Under the pieces are notes generated by a model. The model ran no database searches, was not told the DNA's origin, and saw nothing but the letters and a program-made list of their open reading frames with translations. A stretch of DNA of 61,368 nt, filler included, from Squatina squatina (lineage: Eukaryota): assembly GCA_031763465.1 (NCBI GenBank). It is 4 parts of 4 records of this genome, joined end to end, with 100 filler letters (N's around TTAATTAATTAA, not from the genome) between each part and the next. Parts side by side here need not be neighbours in the genome. Positions count along the whole stretch, not along the records: positions 14,691 to 27,402 come from JARFOE010000189.1; 3 more parts are not named here. One strand, given 5' to 3'. The translations under genes and the position numbers were made by a program. How positions within the stretch are numbered: the first letter of the stretch is position 1; the number at the start of each line of letters is the position of its first letter. Shown here one piece after another: positions 14,591 to 27,078 of this stretch.

Positions 14591-14690
14591 NNNNNNNNNN
14601 NNNNNNNNNNNNNNNNNNNNNNNNNNNNNNNNNNTTAATTAATTAANNNNNNNNNNNNNNNNNNNNNNNNNNNNNNNNNNNNNNNNNNNN
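14591..14690. other. Artificial scaffold-joining linker
   Basis: N44-TTAATTAATTAA-N44, with stops in all six frames. Confidence 0.97.
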
Positions 14691-16192
14691 TTTCAACAAA
14701 GCAGCCTCTTTCAATTCATTTTCTATTAGGCTCAAAACTTCAGCAACCCTCAGGGTCCAAATTAGATCAAATATATTTAGATTCTAAAAGCTCTGAAACA
14801 TCCAAAATGGCTGTGCAATGAATGTTTACAACTTACTTCTAAATTGTAGTTGCACAACATACTGTGGGGACAGGGTATTTTTTGAGCTCTTAAAAGATTG
14901 AAAGTTACATGTCATTTTAGGACTGTCACAACAAAAAACATTTTAGGCTCGAGGGAAAAAACAGGAAATCTAAAAGAATAGAAATCTACAATGGAAGGCC
15001 ACTCTCTGTCACATCAATGTGTTGACGTGTCACACGTCAACAATGTTCCCTGTCACTACGGTACTTATTACAAAAGATCTGTCTTTCAATGAGAAAAAAA
15101 GGTTTTCAACATTAATCTTTTCAAAAATAGTTTTAAATGGAAGTTTTTCTGATGCACTCACTTCACTATCCTCTACACCTCTGAGATGAGCATACAGTTT
15201 ACCACAGTGGTTTATTTAATAACCTGTTCGAGTTACATTAAGTAAAGTGTTCTAACAAGGCCACAAGTTGCAATCAATTGTGTGGGACAGGTTCGATGGA
15301 CTTTACCTGTCCATCAGTGTTTGTATGTTTCTCCCAATCTCCCTCTATTACTTAGGTGGTAATTCTGCAGAAACTGTAAATTTTGCTTTTGCTTCAGGAT
15401 TTCCACCAATCTTCGCCAAATTATAGCGGGAAATAGGGAGAACTTTCACAGAAATTATGGTGTCTATTTTTGTCTTTCTAATTGATTATTCTACAGTTAT
15501 CCAATTTTTAAATCAAATAAAATCTTTCTTTCAAATTACATTCCACCAAAAACAATTACAAGTGATTTCCAAAACTACATTGCTCAGCATGAGCTTTTTT
15601 TTCATAACACATCGGGAAATATCATCAATTGGTGTTACCTTGGCAACCGCAATGTCTTGTCGTGTATATGTGCACAATAATTCAAGATGTACATAGAGAT
15701 ATGTGTACCAAATTTAAAAGATACAATGAAGAATGTAAGCACAATATCCTGAAAATCCCAAAGTAATTGTTTTAAATTTACCTCCAGTTGAATTGTATAC
15801 CAATTGTATTTCGAATTTGTGCATCTTTTTGACATTGTTTAGGTCTTCTAAAGCTCATCATTTGGGGACAAAAAATCATATACTTTCAAGTACTTTAATG
15901 TTTTGAGAATTTTCAGAAATGATATCTAATTAGGTACTAAATACTTTTATCATCTGACATTTTCACATTTGTTTTATAAAGCTGGATATTACTTGTTCCA
16001 CTTGTACAACATTAATTCCACTAATTCTGGTAATATGTGTTGTGGTTTTGTTATTAGTCCATCTTGTCAGGTTTCATATTTTGAAAACACAATTGGCAAA
16101 CTTATTTGCATTCATTAATGTTGAAAAATGTTGTGAAGGTTCATTAATTGTACAATTAAATTGCAATACCTGATCCGTTTGATTTCTTTCAG

Positions 16193-16243
16193 AGTCAGAT
16201 AACACTAATGGATGCACCAGTTTTTAAAGCTATTCAGCCTGAG
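16193..16243 (+). CDS. RALGPS1: Single 51-nt internal exon of a Ral GEF with PH domain and SH3-binding motif (RasGEF/CDC25 domain start)
   Basis: ttctttcag|AGT CAG ATA ACA CTA ATG GAT GCA CCA GTT TTT AAA GCT ATT CAG CCT GAG|gtaagt gives SQITLMDAPVFKAIQPE. Human RALGPS1 as recalled is SQITLMDIPVFKAIQPE; RALGPS2 has GQ..V..PD. Phase 0/0. Confidence 0.88.
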
Positions 16244-16440
16244 GTAAGTTCCTTCAGATTACTCAATAGTTTTTGGTAATGAACAGTGAAATAACTTATG
16301 ATATTAACATGCTTCCTGAAGATATAGTACTCATGACCATGATTACAGCTTATAATTGATCATTCCACAATCCTCCAACACCTCTCTTCCATACCCCTTT
16401 ACCCTATCTTTGTTCCATTCTGACATTTTTAAAATTAATT

Positions 16441-16574
16441 CAAGGGATATGGACATCGCTGGCAAGGCCAGCATTTATTGCCCATTCCTAATTATCCTAC
16501 AGAAGGTGGTGGGGAGCTGCCTTCTTGAACCGCTGCGGTGAAGTTGCCCCCACAGTGCTGTTTGGGAGCCTCTT
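16441..16574 (-). mobile_element. 3' tail of a CR1-group LINE
   Basis: Reverse complement reads GCAGCGGTTCAAGAAGGCAGCTC.CCACCACCTTCT...GGGCAATAAATGCTGGCCTTGCCAGCGA; same tail at 19195-19405 and 44411-44500. Confidence 0.7.
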
Positions 16575-17000
16575 NNNNNNNNNNNNNNNNNNNNNNNNNN
16601 NNNNNNNNNNNNNNNNNNNNNNNNNNNNNNNNNNNNNNNNNNNNNNNNNNNNNNNNNNNNNNNNNNNNNNNNNNATTGGGAAGTATTAAGCACCTCTAAC
16701 TGTATTCAAGGAGAATTGCTTTAGCACAGACTTCAAGACATTAAAAGAATAAAATACATTCTGCTTACACAATTGTGTTGAACCCCAAAGAAATATTTTG
16801 ATTTCTTCTATTCTGAAATGTAGGACAATTTACAACAGCAAGACTGTGAGGAAAATAGCAAACTGTACAAACATTGCTCCTGTGGTTTCACAGCCTGAAA
16901 AGAAATTGCCCATGTCTCAGGTACTCCATTTACTTACACTTATGTTAATGTAAAAATAACTTCACTGAATATTTGTGCATGGAGGTAAATAAAAACTTAC

Positions 17001-17214
17001 CAACTGGTTTTTCACAGACTAGGCCATCTGCCATTTCAGTGCACGCATAAGCCTTCAATCCAGCAACTTCAGCTCTTACGAGGTATGCACAGAAGCCAGA
17101 GTCGTTGGGTTCACCAGGAAGCCATTGCAGTGTAGTGTTTGTAAAAGGTGACATATCTTCCCAGCCCCAGTAGGAGATGTTGATCTTGCGCAATCCAACC
17201 CAAGGCGATATTTT
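17001..17214 (-). CDS. ATRNL1: Attractin-like 1 exon, C-type lectin domain (approx. human exon 16)
   Basis: tgatag|KISPWVGLRKINISYWGWEDMSPFTNTTLQWLPGEPNDSGFCAYLVRAEVAGLKAYACTEMADGLVCEKPV|gtaagt; 214 nt. Confidence 0.95.
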
Positions 17215-18070
17215 CTATCATAATGAAGGCAAAAGAGAAAGAACAATTAGCCCTTTTGGCTACACAAGTGTCATTTTCTCCTGTTTGAAATCAATACTGG
17301 TCTGATTGTGCATGGTTTCATTGATTTTTTTTTAAACTGTAACTTGCTGGAAAATATTCTGAACACATTCCAGTCACTAGTTTATTTCTTGTATTCCACT
17401 AGGAAATTGACATTAATACTAGTTCCAATTTACAGTAAAAGCAGGCTATGTTCATTGTGTACCATTATACATGACACAAAACTCCATCACAAGAAGCTGC
17501 TGTAATTTTCTTGGATTTAAGTAACATTGACAAACATGTTTGGTATTTTACAAATCTGTTAAAACTATTGTATCCAACAAAGCTGCTTAGAAGCTACATT
17601 AAATACATCATCCCCAATCCTTAACACAGGCAGAATACATAATTCATTTCTTCAACAGTATATGCATGCAGAACGCTTGGATATTCTTTCACAGAAAAGA
17701 TCTACCAAGTAGAATACTAGATTCTTCAAACATACAAAAGGCAAAATAAGCTTATATAATATGTAACATTCAGTTGGTTAAGATTGAAATGTTCTTCTAA
17801 ATTTTAAATGGTAAAACTAAAAAGTAGGGCATGTTAGAGGTGGGGAAACATCATGCCACAAGAAAAAGCACACTGTTCACTTTTGAACCCAGGTTAGAAT
17901 CCAGCCCAGGTTAATGTGATTAAAGTCTCATCCCTCTGCTGGGTGAAAAGATCAAAATAAGTTCGTGGGCAAAGCTTCAAATACACAACTGCCACTGCTG
18001 ACAATAAATTCACAAATTCAGTGAACAGTGGAAAACTGAACATTGCACAGTGTTCAGTTCCAGTCACAAG

Positions 18071-18396
18071 TCCTCAGATAATGAAGCAGTCCATACCCGA
18101 ATGCAGCAAGACCTGGATGACATTCAGACTTGGGCTGATACGTGGCAAGTAACATTCGTGCCACACAAGTGCCAGACAATGACTATCTCCAACAAGCGAG
18201 TCTAACCACTGCCCCTTGATATTCAACGGCATTACCATCGTCAAATCCCCCACCATCAACATCCTGGGCGACCATTGACCAGAAACTTAACTGGACCAGC
18301 CACATAAATACTGTGGCTACAAGAGCAGGGCAGAGGCTGGGTATTCTGTGGCGAGTGTCTCCCCAAAGTCTTTCCACCATCTATAAGGCACAAGTC
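18071..18396 (+). mobile_element. CR1/L2-group LINE reverse transcriptase fragment (degenerate)
   Basis: MQQDLDDIQTWADTWQVTFVPHKCQ...TIDQKLNWTSHINTVATRAGQRLGIL...SLSTIYKAQV, with frameshifts. Confidence 0.85.
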
Positions 18397-18823
18397 NNNN
18401 NNNNNNNNNNNNNNNNNNNNNNNNNNNNNNNNNNNNNNNNNNNNNNNNNNNNNNNNNNNNNNNNNNNNNNNNNNNNNNNNNNNNNNNNNNNNNNNNAACC
18501 TGGCTAATACAAGCAGCTTGGTGACAAAACAACCTCTCTTCCACTTTCTTGCATGTTTAACTAAATAGTGCTGTATTTGGTAACCACATTATTCATTTTA
18601 AAAAAAATATAAAGTGTATTGCAATGAAGGAGACAACAAAATTATTACTTCACCATTATAAAACATCTTCAGGAAGTTGCAATGATCATTTTATACTTAC
18701 AAGTTGAAACAATTACCAGAAATCAGTTGTCAGGTAGCCTCTAACAACATTAAAAGCTATACATTTTTGTAATATGCAAGTAGTTATTTTCAAGTGTATG
18801 TTTTGGTTTGTTCCGATTTTTAC

Positions 18824-18956
18824 CTGGCAAAGCTTGACACTCTTGGTTCCGCTGATCCCACTGGCAGTTTAGCTTTATTGAGCAGGTCTTGCAACTTGTA
18901 AGTTTGCTACAAACATGCTCATTTCGCACCCGGCATTTGGTACTGTTTGTCACAGA
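18824..18956 (-). CDS. ATRNL1: Attractin-like 1 exon, PSI repeat (approx. human exon 14)
   Basis: cccctag|[44 protein letters not shown]|gtaaaa; 133 nt. Confidence 0.95.
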
Positions 18957-19194
18957 CTAGGGGAAGAAATGTTTAAAATCAGCACTGGATATTTTACCAC
19001 TTTTTAACACAACCACTGTATAAAATATCACACAAACCCTTGTTTAATATCTAGTACTGCTTACGAATAAATACATTGTGTTCATATTGATTAATGTAGT
19101 TGTGTACAACTGCTCCAAATGTCACAAAGGATATTAAAATGTCTAGTGGAATAGTTTCGAATCTCTTGAAGTGCTTAATTTCAAATATTTTTTT

Positions 19195-19405
19195 TTTAAT
19201 TCCTTCCTGGGATGTGGGTGTCACCGACAAGGCCTGCATTTGTTGCCCACCCCTAATTGCCCGAGGAGGAGGTGGTGAGCTGCCATTTCAGAGGACAGTT
19301 AAGAGTTAACCACATTGCTGTGGGTCTGGAGTCACATGAAGTCCAGATGGGGTACAGATGACCTTTCCTAAAGGACATTAGTGAACCAGTTGGGTTTTTA
19401 CAACA
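19195..19405 (-). mobile_element. CR1-group LINE 3' tail-related repeat
   Basis: GGGATGTGGGTGTCAC.GACAAGGCCTGCATTTGTTGCCCA is shared with 16441-16574. Confidence 0.6.
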
Positions 19406-22149
19406 CACACAGCAGTTTGTATATTATTTAAATATTTCTTCAAAACTGCCACACCTAGGACATTCTCAATGTTATGGTTAGCAAAGTTGGTTAAAAATTC
19501 CCCCTTGATTATGTTTACTAGTCTTCTTGTAACAGTGGACGTTTGGTAACGTGTATTACCATAAATGACTTTGTCATTTTAACACCTACAATGCTAACTC
19601 TGTGGCATGCATCGTTAAAACATAACACAGTATCAGTTTTCAGTGGAAGTGGTAGAAAAATTACATGAAAAAAACCCTGAACTGATTGTATCACAAGCCT
19701 ATCACCTTTTGCACTTTAATCAGCTGCCAGGATTTGTTGTCCACCTCAACACATTTCCTGAACTCACAGCCATTATAGCAGTGGGGGAAGGATTACTGTG
19801 ACGCTATAACTGGCAAAATTTGAATCATATTAATCTTTTTGAGTGCATTTGGCATTACACACGGCAGGCACAGCACTTGTCTTCCCCCCTCCAGCCAACC
19901 CAATCAAGATTTTGTTATTGTTTTGCAAAACCAATATGGTGGAACCCATTTAAAGTAAAATCTTGTTTGCTGTGATAACATTTCCTTACATCAGGATTTT
20001 CAGCAAATACAGGAGAATTAATTGAGTGTTCCTGTTCAATATACAGATCAAACTCAAGCAAGCTGTGATCTTTTTAAAAAATGCCATGAGAAATAATTAC
20101 AAATGAATGCATNNNNNNNNNNNNNNNNNNNNNNNNNNNNNNNNNNNNNNNNNNNNNNNNNNNNNNNNNNNNNNNNNNNNNNNNNNNNNNNNNNNNNNNN
20201 NNNNNNNNNNNNGCCCTCCCTATTTCAATAAATCCCAGGACTTAGATATTATCTTATTTTTCCCATTTTGTGCCTCTGATCCCCTACCCCACCACTCCCC
20301 ACACACCCAACCACCACCACCTCAAATAATTTGCAACCATATATTTCTATCCCTTCCACCATTAGGTCCAAATATAATTCTGAATTCAACTGACCAGCAA
20401 GTACAAGATTGTGACAAATACCATCAAGTCCAATGGACTCAAGATGGCTGGTCCCAAATTAGGCATGTCTTAATTTTTTTTTTTTCTTTTTAAATTGTGT
20501 ATAGCAAGGCTGCAGATCCTGCTACCTGGCATCAATGTAGAACCGCATCAATGAATTCTCAGCAATCTGGCAAACCCCGAGTGAAAAATGTAATCACTGA
20601 TCGAACAAATGTCAACACAAGTAGTAATTATCCTCCGCTGCGTCTTGCACTATTCTGCCAATCATAATTCTTGATGCGGTGCACAACACCGAAGACATTG
20701 AGTACCAAGGTCGGAATTAAGCCTCCCCAATGTTCTATCAGATAGTTTAACCTTGGCTGCAGCCATATCATAAATTCTAGGAGGACTTGAACTCAGTAGT
20801 CCATTTTACTTCTCAGTAAACAGATGACTACACTTGCATCATCTTGCCAGGAACTTCAAGATAGCTGTACTGTTTGTGGCAGTGGATTCCATCAGCAACT
20901 TAGCCTCAAATATTTTAAGAAAATTGAGTGTACTAGCGGCTAAAAGATTTGTAGCCGGTCACACTTTCCCGATGTGGAGATATAGCATTCAGCACAATCT
21001 TTTAAATTAGGTGGCAGTAGCAGGGCTTGAAAAATATAGAAGCTTGATTGTTAGGAGAGATTCAACAGCTATTTGAAATGTCCAAGAGACTCGGTCATAC
21101 TTCATACTAGTGTAAACCTGATACAACATCCATTTTCTGGAGTGTTAAGACAGGATGAGTGAATTGCGCTTCCAGGATTGTTCAAAGTCAACCAGCAGAA
21201 CAACCACCAGCTAATTCACAGTCGAACAACATGATCAAAAGTCCATGCAAGAGTCAACAACCTGCTCAATCACAATCCTAATTATAAGAGGCCAAGCAGA
21301 ATTTATGGGTTTTATTAAGGAAGAGAAAGAATAAAATTCATAAAAGTAGTCAGAAGACAACTGAAGAAAACACCTAATCAGAAATCTCTCAAATTAGTGT
21401 CCATAAAAAGGTATCTAGATTTCTTAAAATGTTAGCTTAAGGTTTGTTCTTTCTCAGTCTGTAATCACTTCTATTATCCTACAAAAGCTGCAATGGTATG
21501 GACTTCACTTCATTACAAAGTTACACTACAATCCAACTAAAACAGACATCCAATTCAGAAGACTATGTCAGACTTTGACTAGCGTTTAGAATAAGTACCA
21601 TACTGTGAAGTCTTTTTTATCCTTGTAGCTGATTTTGATTTCCTATTTCTTATTACTCAAGGCTTGTGGGTTAATCGGTAACAAATCCTGAACAGCACAA
21701 AACTTGAATGCTGGCGGTAAAATTAAATTTTTCCAGAAAAAAAAGTTAGAACCATGCATATAATTTGCAAGAATTTCAGTGATTAGAAGTTTGCAAAAGT
21801 AAATTAACATTTAGAAATTAGCAATATGCGGCATATAATTGCATTTAACTTGGCCTTATCTTGTAGGTCACATACGGTTACACTATCAGAAAGAATGGAA
21901 ATATACGGTAAGTATCTATGCCCATTTCTTACACTTAGACAATCGCGTTATTCAAAGTCGTACGCGGGGCTCTTTCTGACGAATTTTACATTTGTGCCAC
22001 GCTGCACTTCATATGAACTTTTCAAATGTTTATGCTACAAATGGCTGTCTTTAATTGTGGGGAAACTGGACATGCAATTTATACTAAATAACCAGCGCAG
22101 TACATAAACATTAGAGAGGAGTCTCCACTTTTCCCAGCGTGTGCACAGC

Positions 22150-22226
22150 TATAGAAACATAGAAACATAGAAAATAGGAGCAGGAGTAGGCCATTCGGCC
22201 CTTCGAGCCTGCTCCACCATTCAATA
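22150..22226 (-). mobile_element. CR1 LINE 3' terminus
   Basis: (AGAAACAT)n followed by GGAGCAGGAGTAGGCCATTCGGCCCTTCGAGCCTGCTCC, the reversed CR1 3' end with 8-mer repeats. Confidence 0.8.
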
Positions 22227-22326
22227 NNNNNNNNNNNNNNNNNNNNNNNNNNNNNNNNNNNNNNNNNNNNNNNNNNNNNNNNNNNNNNNNNNNNNNNNNN
22301 NNNNNNNNNNNNNNNNNNNNNNNNNN

Positions 22327-22440
22327 GGGCGAGAGGGCGAGAGGACGGGCGGGCGAGAGGGCGAGAGGACGGGCGCGCGAGAGGGCGGGCGCGCGAGAGC
22401 GAGAGAGGGCGGGCGCGCGAGAGAGCGCGCGAGAGCACGT
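22327..22440. repeat. GA/GC-rich low-complexity tandem repeat
   Basis: Degenerate GGGCGAGA / GCGCGAGA units next to a gap. Confidence 0.85.
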
Positions 22441-22738
22441 GGGTGGAATAAAGAAAATAAGAGGGGAATGAGGCAGAGAATCAGACAGGGATATAATAAA
22501 TACATACATATATACGTGTGTAAAAGGATTCTTCTGACACATGAACAAGGGAATAGCTGCTGATTGTCATATTGGACTTGAGGACATGCAACATCAAATG
22601 GAAAACCCTGTAGAATTTCAACATTATTTCTGCAGCAATTTAGTCGAGTTTTTTTTAAAAATACAAGTTCTGAGCTTGAACTATCACCAAAGTGCATCAT
22701 ACTTTTGGAATGCAAAGGACAGTTTTGGCTGTACATAC

Positions 22739-22893
22739 CAATATCATACGCCAGGAAATCAGCAGAGAAACATTTGGCTCCGTTGCTCAGAGATGTGTCA
22801 TTATGAGTGTTCCCTCCAAAAACGAGCATAGCCCCACTGATGACGACAGCTGAATGTAGATAACGAGCAAATCCGCTTTCCTTAAGGATTGTC
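22739..22893 (-). CDS. ATRNL1: Attractin-like 1 exon, kelch repeat (approx. human exon 10)
   Basis: cttag|g TILKESGFARYLHSAVVISGAMLVFGGNTHNDTSLSNGAKCFSADFLAYDI g|gtatgt; 155 nt. Confidence 0.96.
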
Positions 22894-24238
22894 CTAAGTT
22901 TTTAAAATTTAAAAAAGACACTTTACTTGCANNNNNNNNNNNNNNNNNNNNNNNNNNNNNNNNNNNNNNNNNNNNNNNNNNNNNNNNNNNNNNNNNNNNN
23001 NNNNNNNNNNNNNNNNNNNNNNNNNNNNNNNACACGCTTACAAGAGTTGCAAATTCTTGCAGCTGGTTGAGCAATCACCATCACTGGGTGCCAGGGGGAA
23101 AAGCAGGCCTGCAGCCTCATACAAGATCTGTTTCTGTTAGCCATTAAATGCACAGATACCTAGCAATAATCAACACAATTTAGGCATCATTAAGTTTTCA
23201 TTCAATTATGCTCCACCTGTTCCCAAACTTCTCCCTCCCCACCTCTAAAACAGCAAAGTCCTTGGCAAGTGCAATCAACCTATTGCTTCTCGAAATTTTT
23301 CAGCAATTTGGTCAAGTTGACACTTCAATAAATAGTAATTGTAAAACTGCACGCATTGTTTCTGTATAGACCACAGTTAGGCTTTATTGATAATCTTTAG
23401 AGAGGTATAGTACATCAATGCTGTACAGGCCTTAAGGGGTTGTATTCCTCAGCTTTCAATCTAAAACTTGATGTTTGCATCAAAAAAAAGGGCAACAATG
23501 CCAAATTGCTACAAGCGAGTGGCATTTAAAATGAAGACTTTGCACCAAAATCAACACACACATTTGTAACATTTAGAATGAGCTGAACTTTCAACTATAC
23601 ATTGCCCAAGGCAAATATCAAATTGAATGAAGAAACTGCTGGTTGAGATACATCTTTAACTCAAAACATCGATNNNNNNNNNNAACATCGATAAAAAGGT
23701 GAAAAAAATAAAAGGTCAACTCGATAAACAGAAGTGGCAGTTCTTAAATCATAAATAAATTGAGCATTTTACACAAAATGAAATAATTCTCTCAAATAAT
23801 CATTTAACAGGACACAAAATATAATTAAGAGTGTATCTACTAAAGAATAACAATGTTACCAAGAACTGTAGCAACTTGCTCCCAGCTTCTGTTGCTAAAA
23901 TATACACAGAGGACAGACATGGACACACAGGTCTAAATCTCAAGGCACTGCTCATGTTGAGTTAGCAGTTAACTTGGAAAGACATTTGAGACACAGACGT
24001 GAAGTGTCTTTATTTATTTTCCATGAACTAAATGATGTATTTTTCTTATTCACTACAGAGAGTCATATCTAACTATAATATTAAATAATATCTAGTGAAA
24101 ATCCTACATCTTCACTTTGTCTATAAAACCTTACTTTGNNNNNNNNNNNNNNNNNNNNNNNNNNNNNNNNNNNNNNNNNNNNNNNNNNNNNNNNNNNNNN
24201 NNNNNNNNNNNNNNNNNNNNNNNNNNNNNNNNNNNNNN

Positions 24239-24395
24239 CACTCATACAGAAACTCGGATACAAGCATACACGCGCACAAATGGTCATTCACATACAAACA
24301 CAAAGGTGCACACAAGCACAGACACATGCTCATGCACACACACACACATCCCCTGAGCATACACACACACACAAACAAACCCTGATACACACCAA
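24239..24395. repeat. Degenerate (CA)n-rich tract
   Basis: Direct reading of the sequence. Confidence 0.8.
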
Positions 24396-24510
24396 CACTT
24401 TGTGTGGGATGGGCTGAATGACAGACAGGAAAGAACTACTGGTCCACTGTTCCTATGATCATACATTTCATTTCATACTGCTGTTGCAGGAGAAAAATCA
24501 AGCACCTCAC

Positions 24511-24716
24511 CTTGCCAGCTATCGTTACAGACACAGAGCTTCTCTCCAGTTAGGTCACAGTAACCATGGTCTGGACTCCCACAGTTGTCCTTGCAATATG
24601 GAATGTCACAAGCTTCCCCCTTCCAATATTTATCGCATTCACAGAACACATTACCAATGGTACTTCCAGTAACGCACTTTCCATGGCCTGAGCAATTGTT
24701 TGGGCAGGAATTAATC
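24511..24716 (-). CDS. ATRNL1: Attractin-like 1 exon, EGF-like repeats (approx. human exon 5)
   Basis: ttttttaaag|g INSCPNNCSGHGKCVTGSTIGNVFCECDKYWKGEACDIPYCKDNCGSPDHGYCDLTGEKLCVCNDSWQ g|gtgagg; 206 nt. Confidence 0.96.
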
Positions 24717-25734
24717 CTTTAAAAAAATAAGAAAAATTAAAAACCTTTTGAAAAGATATAGCACAATATAAGAATACACACCACTATAATTATGAATATT
24801 GCAGTTCTCCTCACAATTATTATATTACAAAGAACAAGTTTTTAAGAGAATCACCTATGGCACACGGAGGAAATTGGCCCCCATTGAGTAATTACATCGC
24901 TATTCATATCAGAAGGTCTCAGATTTAACCGCTAGTTTATGGTGATTTCGCTAATCTTAGGGAGGACAGAATTAAGGGCACTTCAGCTGTCTTCACTACC
25001 CATGAACCAGGAAATGAATTAAACAATAAATCAAGGTATTCAATCCTGATCTCGGTTGCGTGACCCCAGCTGGGAAATGCTAGTATGTGAACATCAGAGG
25101 GAGGCAATGATGGGCCCNNNNNNNNNNNNNNNNNNNNNNNNNNNNNNNNNNNNNNNNNNNNNNNNNNNNNNNNNNNNNNNNNNNNNNNNNNNNNNNNNNN
25201 NNNNNNNNNNNNNNNNNGAATTATATAGGTTATCTTTGGTACAGTTTCATTAACTCTAAAATTAGTTTCTGAAACTATGACAGTATTTTGTAACTGGAAA
25301 AGAACACTTAACATTCACATGCAAATGTTGAACACTCTGAAAGTCATCACAATGTAAGTTGATTAGATGCAGAAACAGTTATTAAACCCCTCGGCAACAA
25401 TCAAACTAATTAAAACAGAACATTTACTTTTCCTACAAGAACCGTACAGCAGCAAGATCTACTGAGTGCAAAGCATAACTTCAATCCCATAGCTAAAGAG
25501 ATCTTGCTTCAGATGTTTGTCGAAAGGAGGAATGCACCAGTCTCATATTTCTCCAAGTTGCAATGTTCAACGTTGTAAACTAACAAAATATACAACAGAA
25601 AATACACATGTTTTGAAAGTGAAATGCCAGGACATCAGTTTTCAATTTTTCTGCCTCCATTCTTCAATACAGGTACTTTATAATGCAGATTCTCAATATA
25701 AACATTAAATTGCATCTCATATTCTAATGAGAAG

Positions 25735-26013
25735 TGACCAGATAACTTGTTTTATTGATTGGTTTAGGGATAAATACTGGCTAGGACACAAGCATACCTC
25801 CCTGATCATCTTCAAATAGTGTTGGGGATTATTTTTTTATGTAAACATTCACCAAGAAGGCAGATGGGGCCTTGGTTTAACATCTTACCCAAAGATAGTA
25901 TAACGTTCCCTCAGTGCCGCACTGAAATTTTAGCATCGATTAAGTCTCTGGAGCGGGGCTTGAAACCTCAACTTCAGACTCACCAGTGAGAGTTACCACT
26001 GAGCAAAGGCTCA
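25735..26013 (-). mobile_element. Deu-domain SINE, degenerate, including tRNA-derived head
   Basis: GGGATAAATACTGGCTAGGACA...GGCAGATGGGGCCTTGGTTTAACATCT...CTCTGGAG.GGGGCTTGAA matches the other copies. Confidence 0.7.
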
Positions 26014-26201
26014 GTGTATTAACCCATTTAAAACAACAGGAATGTTGAACAGGCTAAGCATTCATAGTGCAAACAATCTAGGTTTAAAAGTTAATTCTAT
26101 TCTAGAACAATGTTAAAACTGGAAAAAATAGCAAAAATATACAGCAGCTCAGATGATCAAGATCAAATCTTAGCCCCAATAATGAAGTTCTTCAAACTTA
26201 C

Positions 26202-26315
26202 CTGAATACAGCTATCAAAGGTGCATATATTGAATCGCCATCATATACATACATATGGTCCCAGCTACATTCTGTGGCAAAGTGGTTAAACCTTAACCTT
26301 AATACTGCATTTGGA
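26202..26315 (-). CDS. ATRNL1: Attractin-like 1 exon, CUB domain (approx. human exon 3)
   Basis: ttttgtag|t PNAVLRLRFNHFATECSWDHMYVYDGDSIYAPLIAVF ag|gtaagt; 114 nt. Confidence 0.96.
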
Positions 26316-27078
26316 CTACAAAAGAAAAAAGAATTATTAATTTTAAAGTGGGTTTTGCAGTCCAAAAGACTGCTTTCAAAGATTTTTTTTTTTACAAACC
26401 AATTATGGTTACTACCTCCAGCAACTCATCCCCAAAGCCCTTCAGTATTTGGAGATGCTCGCCATCTAAGCTGGACAACTTTTATACATGTAAGTCTGAC
26501 TAATTTATAATGGCTTCCTTTTACATATTTATCTCCAGTAAAAGCTGTTCCATACGCTCTTCAATTAATCCAATAATCCCACCTTTACCTTCCTCTAAAA
26601 ACTCAAGCAAAATATTCAAGCATCTCTNNNNNNNNNNNNNNNNNNNNNNNNNNNNNNNNNNNNNNNNNNNNNNNNNNNNNNNNNNNNNNNNNNNNNNNNN
26701 NNNNNNNNNNNNNNNNNNNNNNNNNNNGTCCCAGGACGCGTTTACACCGCGGCGATAACAGCAAAATCCTTGTTACTGCAATGGAAATAATGCATCAGTG
26801 TCAAGGCTGGAATTTACAAATTGTTCAGGAATGCACTGTGTGCTATCATCGTTATTCCTCAGACTGGAGCTCCCAGCAAGTAGCCTGCCCTGGATCTGCG
26901 CGCTGTGTTGGGCATTACAACCTTAAAACGCGATTATTTCCAAATCTAACTGACTGGTAAAAACAAAAAAATTTTCACGGTTGAAAATGTACTTTTAAAT
27001 ATATGAGAATAGAAAGAGTGGAGTTGTTTTCCCTCCTCCTGAAGAGATATATATATATATTTTTTTTAATCGTCTTAC

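Noticed and set aside
14635-14646. TTAATTAATTAA palindromes inside N runs (also near 27447 and 46259)
   Set aside because: Artificial six-frame stop linkers, not biological sequence.
22079-22829. Long ORFs of 119-202 aa in the ORF track
   Set aside because: They are produced by N runs, a low-complexity repeat and read-through from the ATRNL1 exon into its intron.
25218-25314. Minus-strand peptide IVSETNFRVNETVPKI resembling ATRNL1 exon 4 (IVPEIRGNETVPEV) at the expected position
   Set aside because: Similarity is limited to NETVP and IV.E, the following TTSGYALLHFFSD is absent, and the neighbouring true exons are far better conserved; probably chance.
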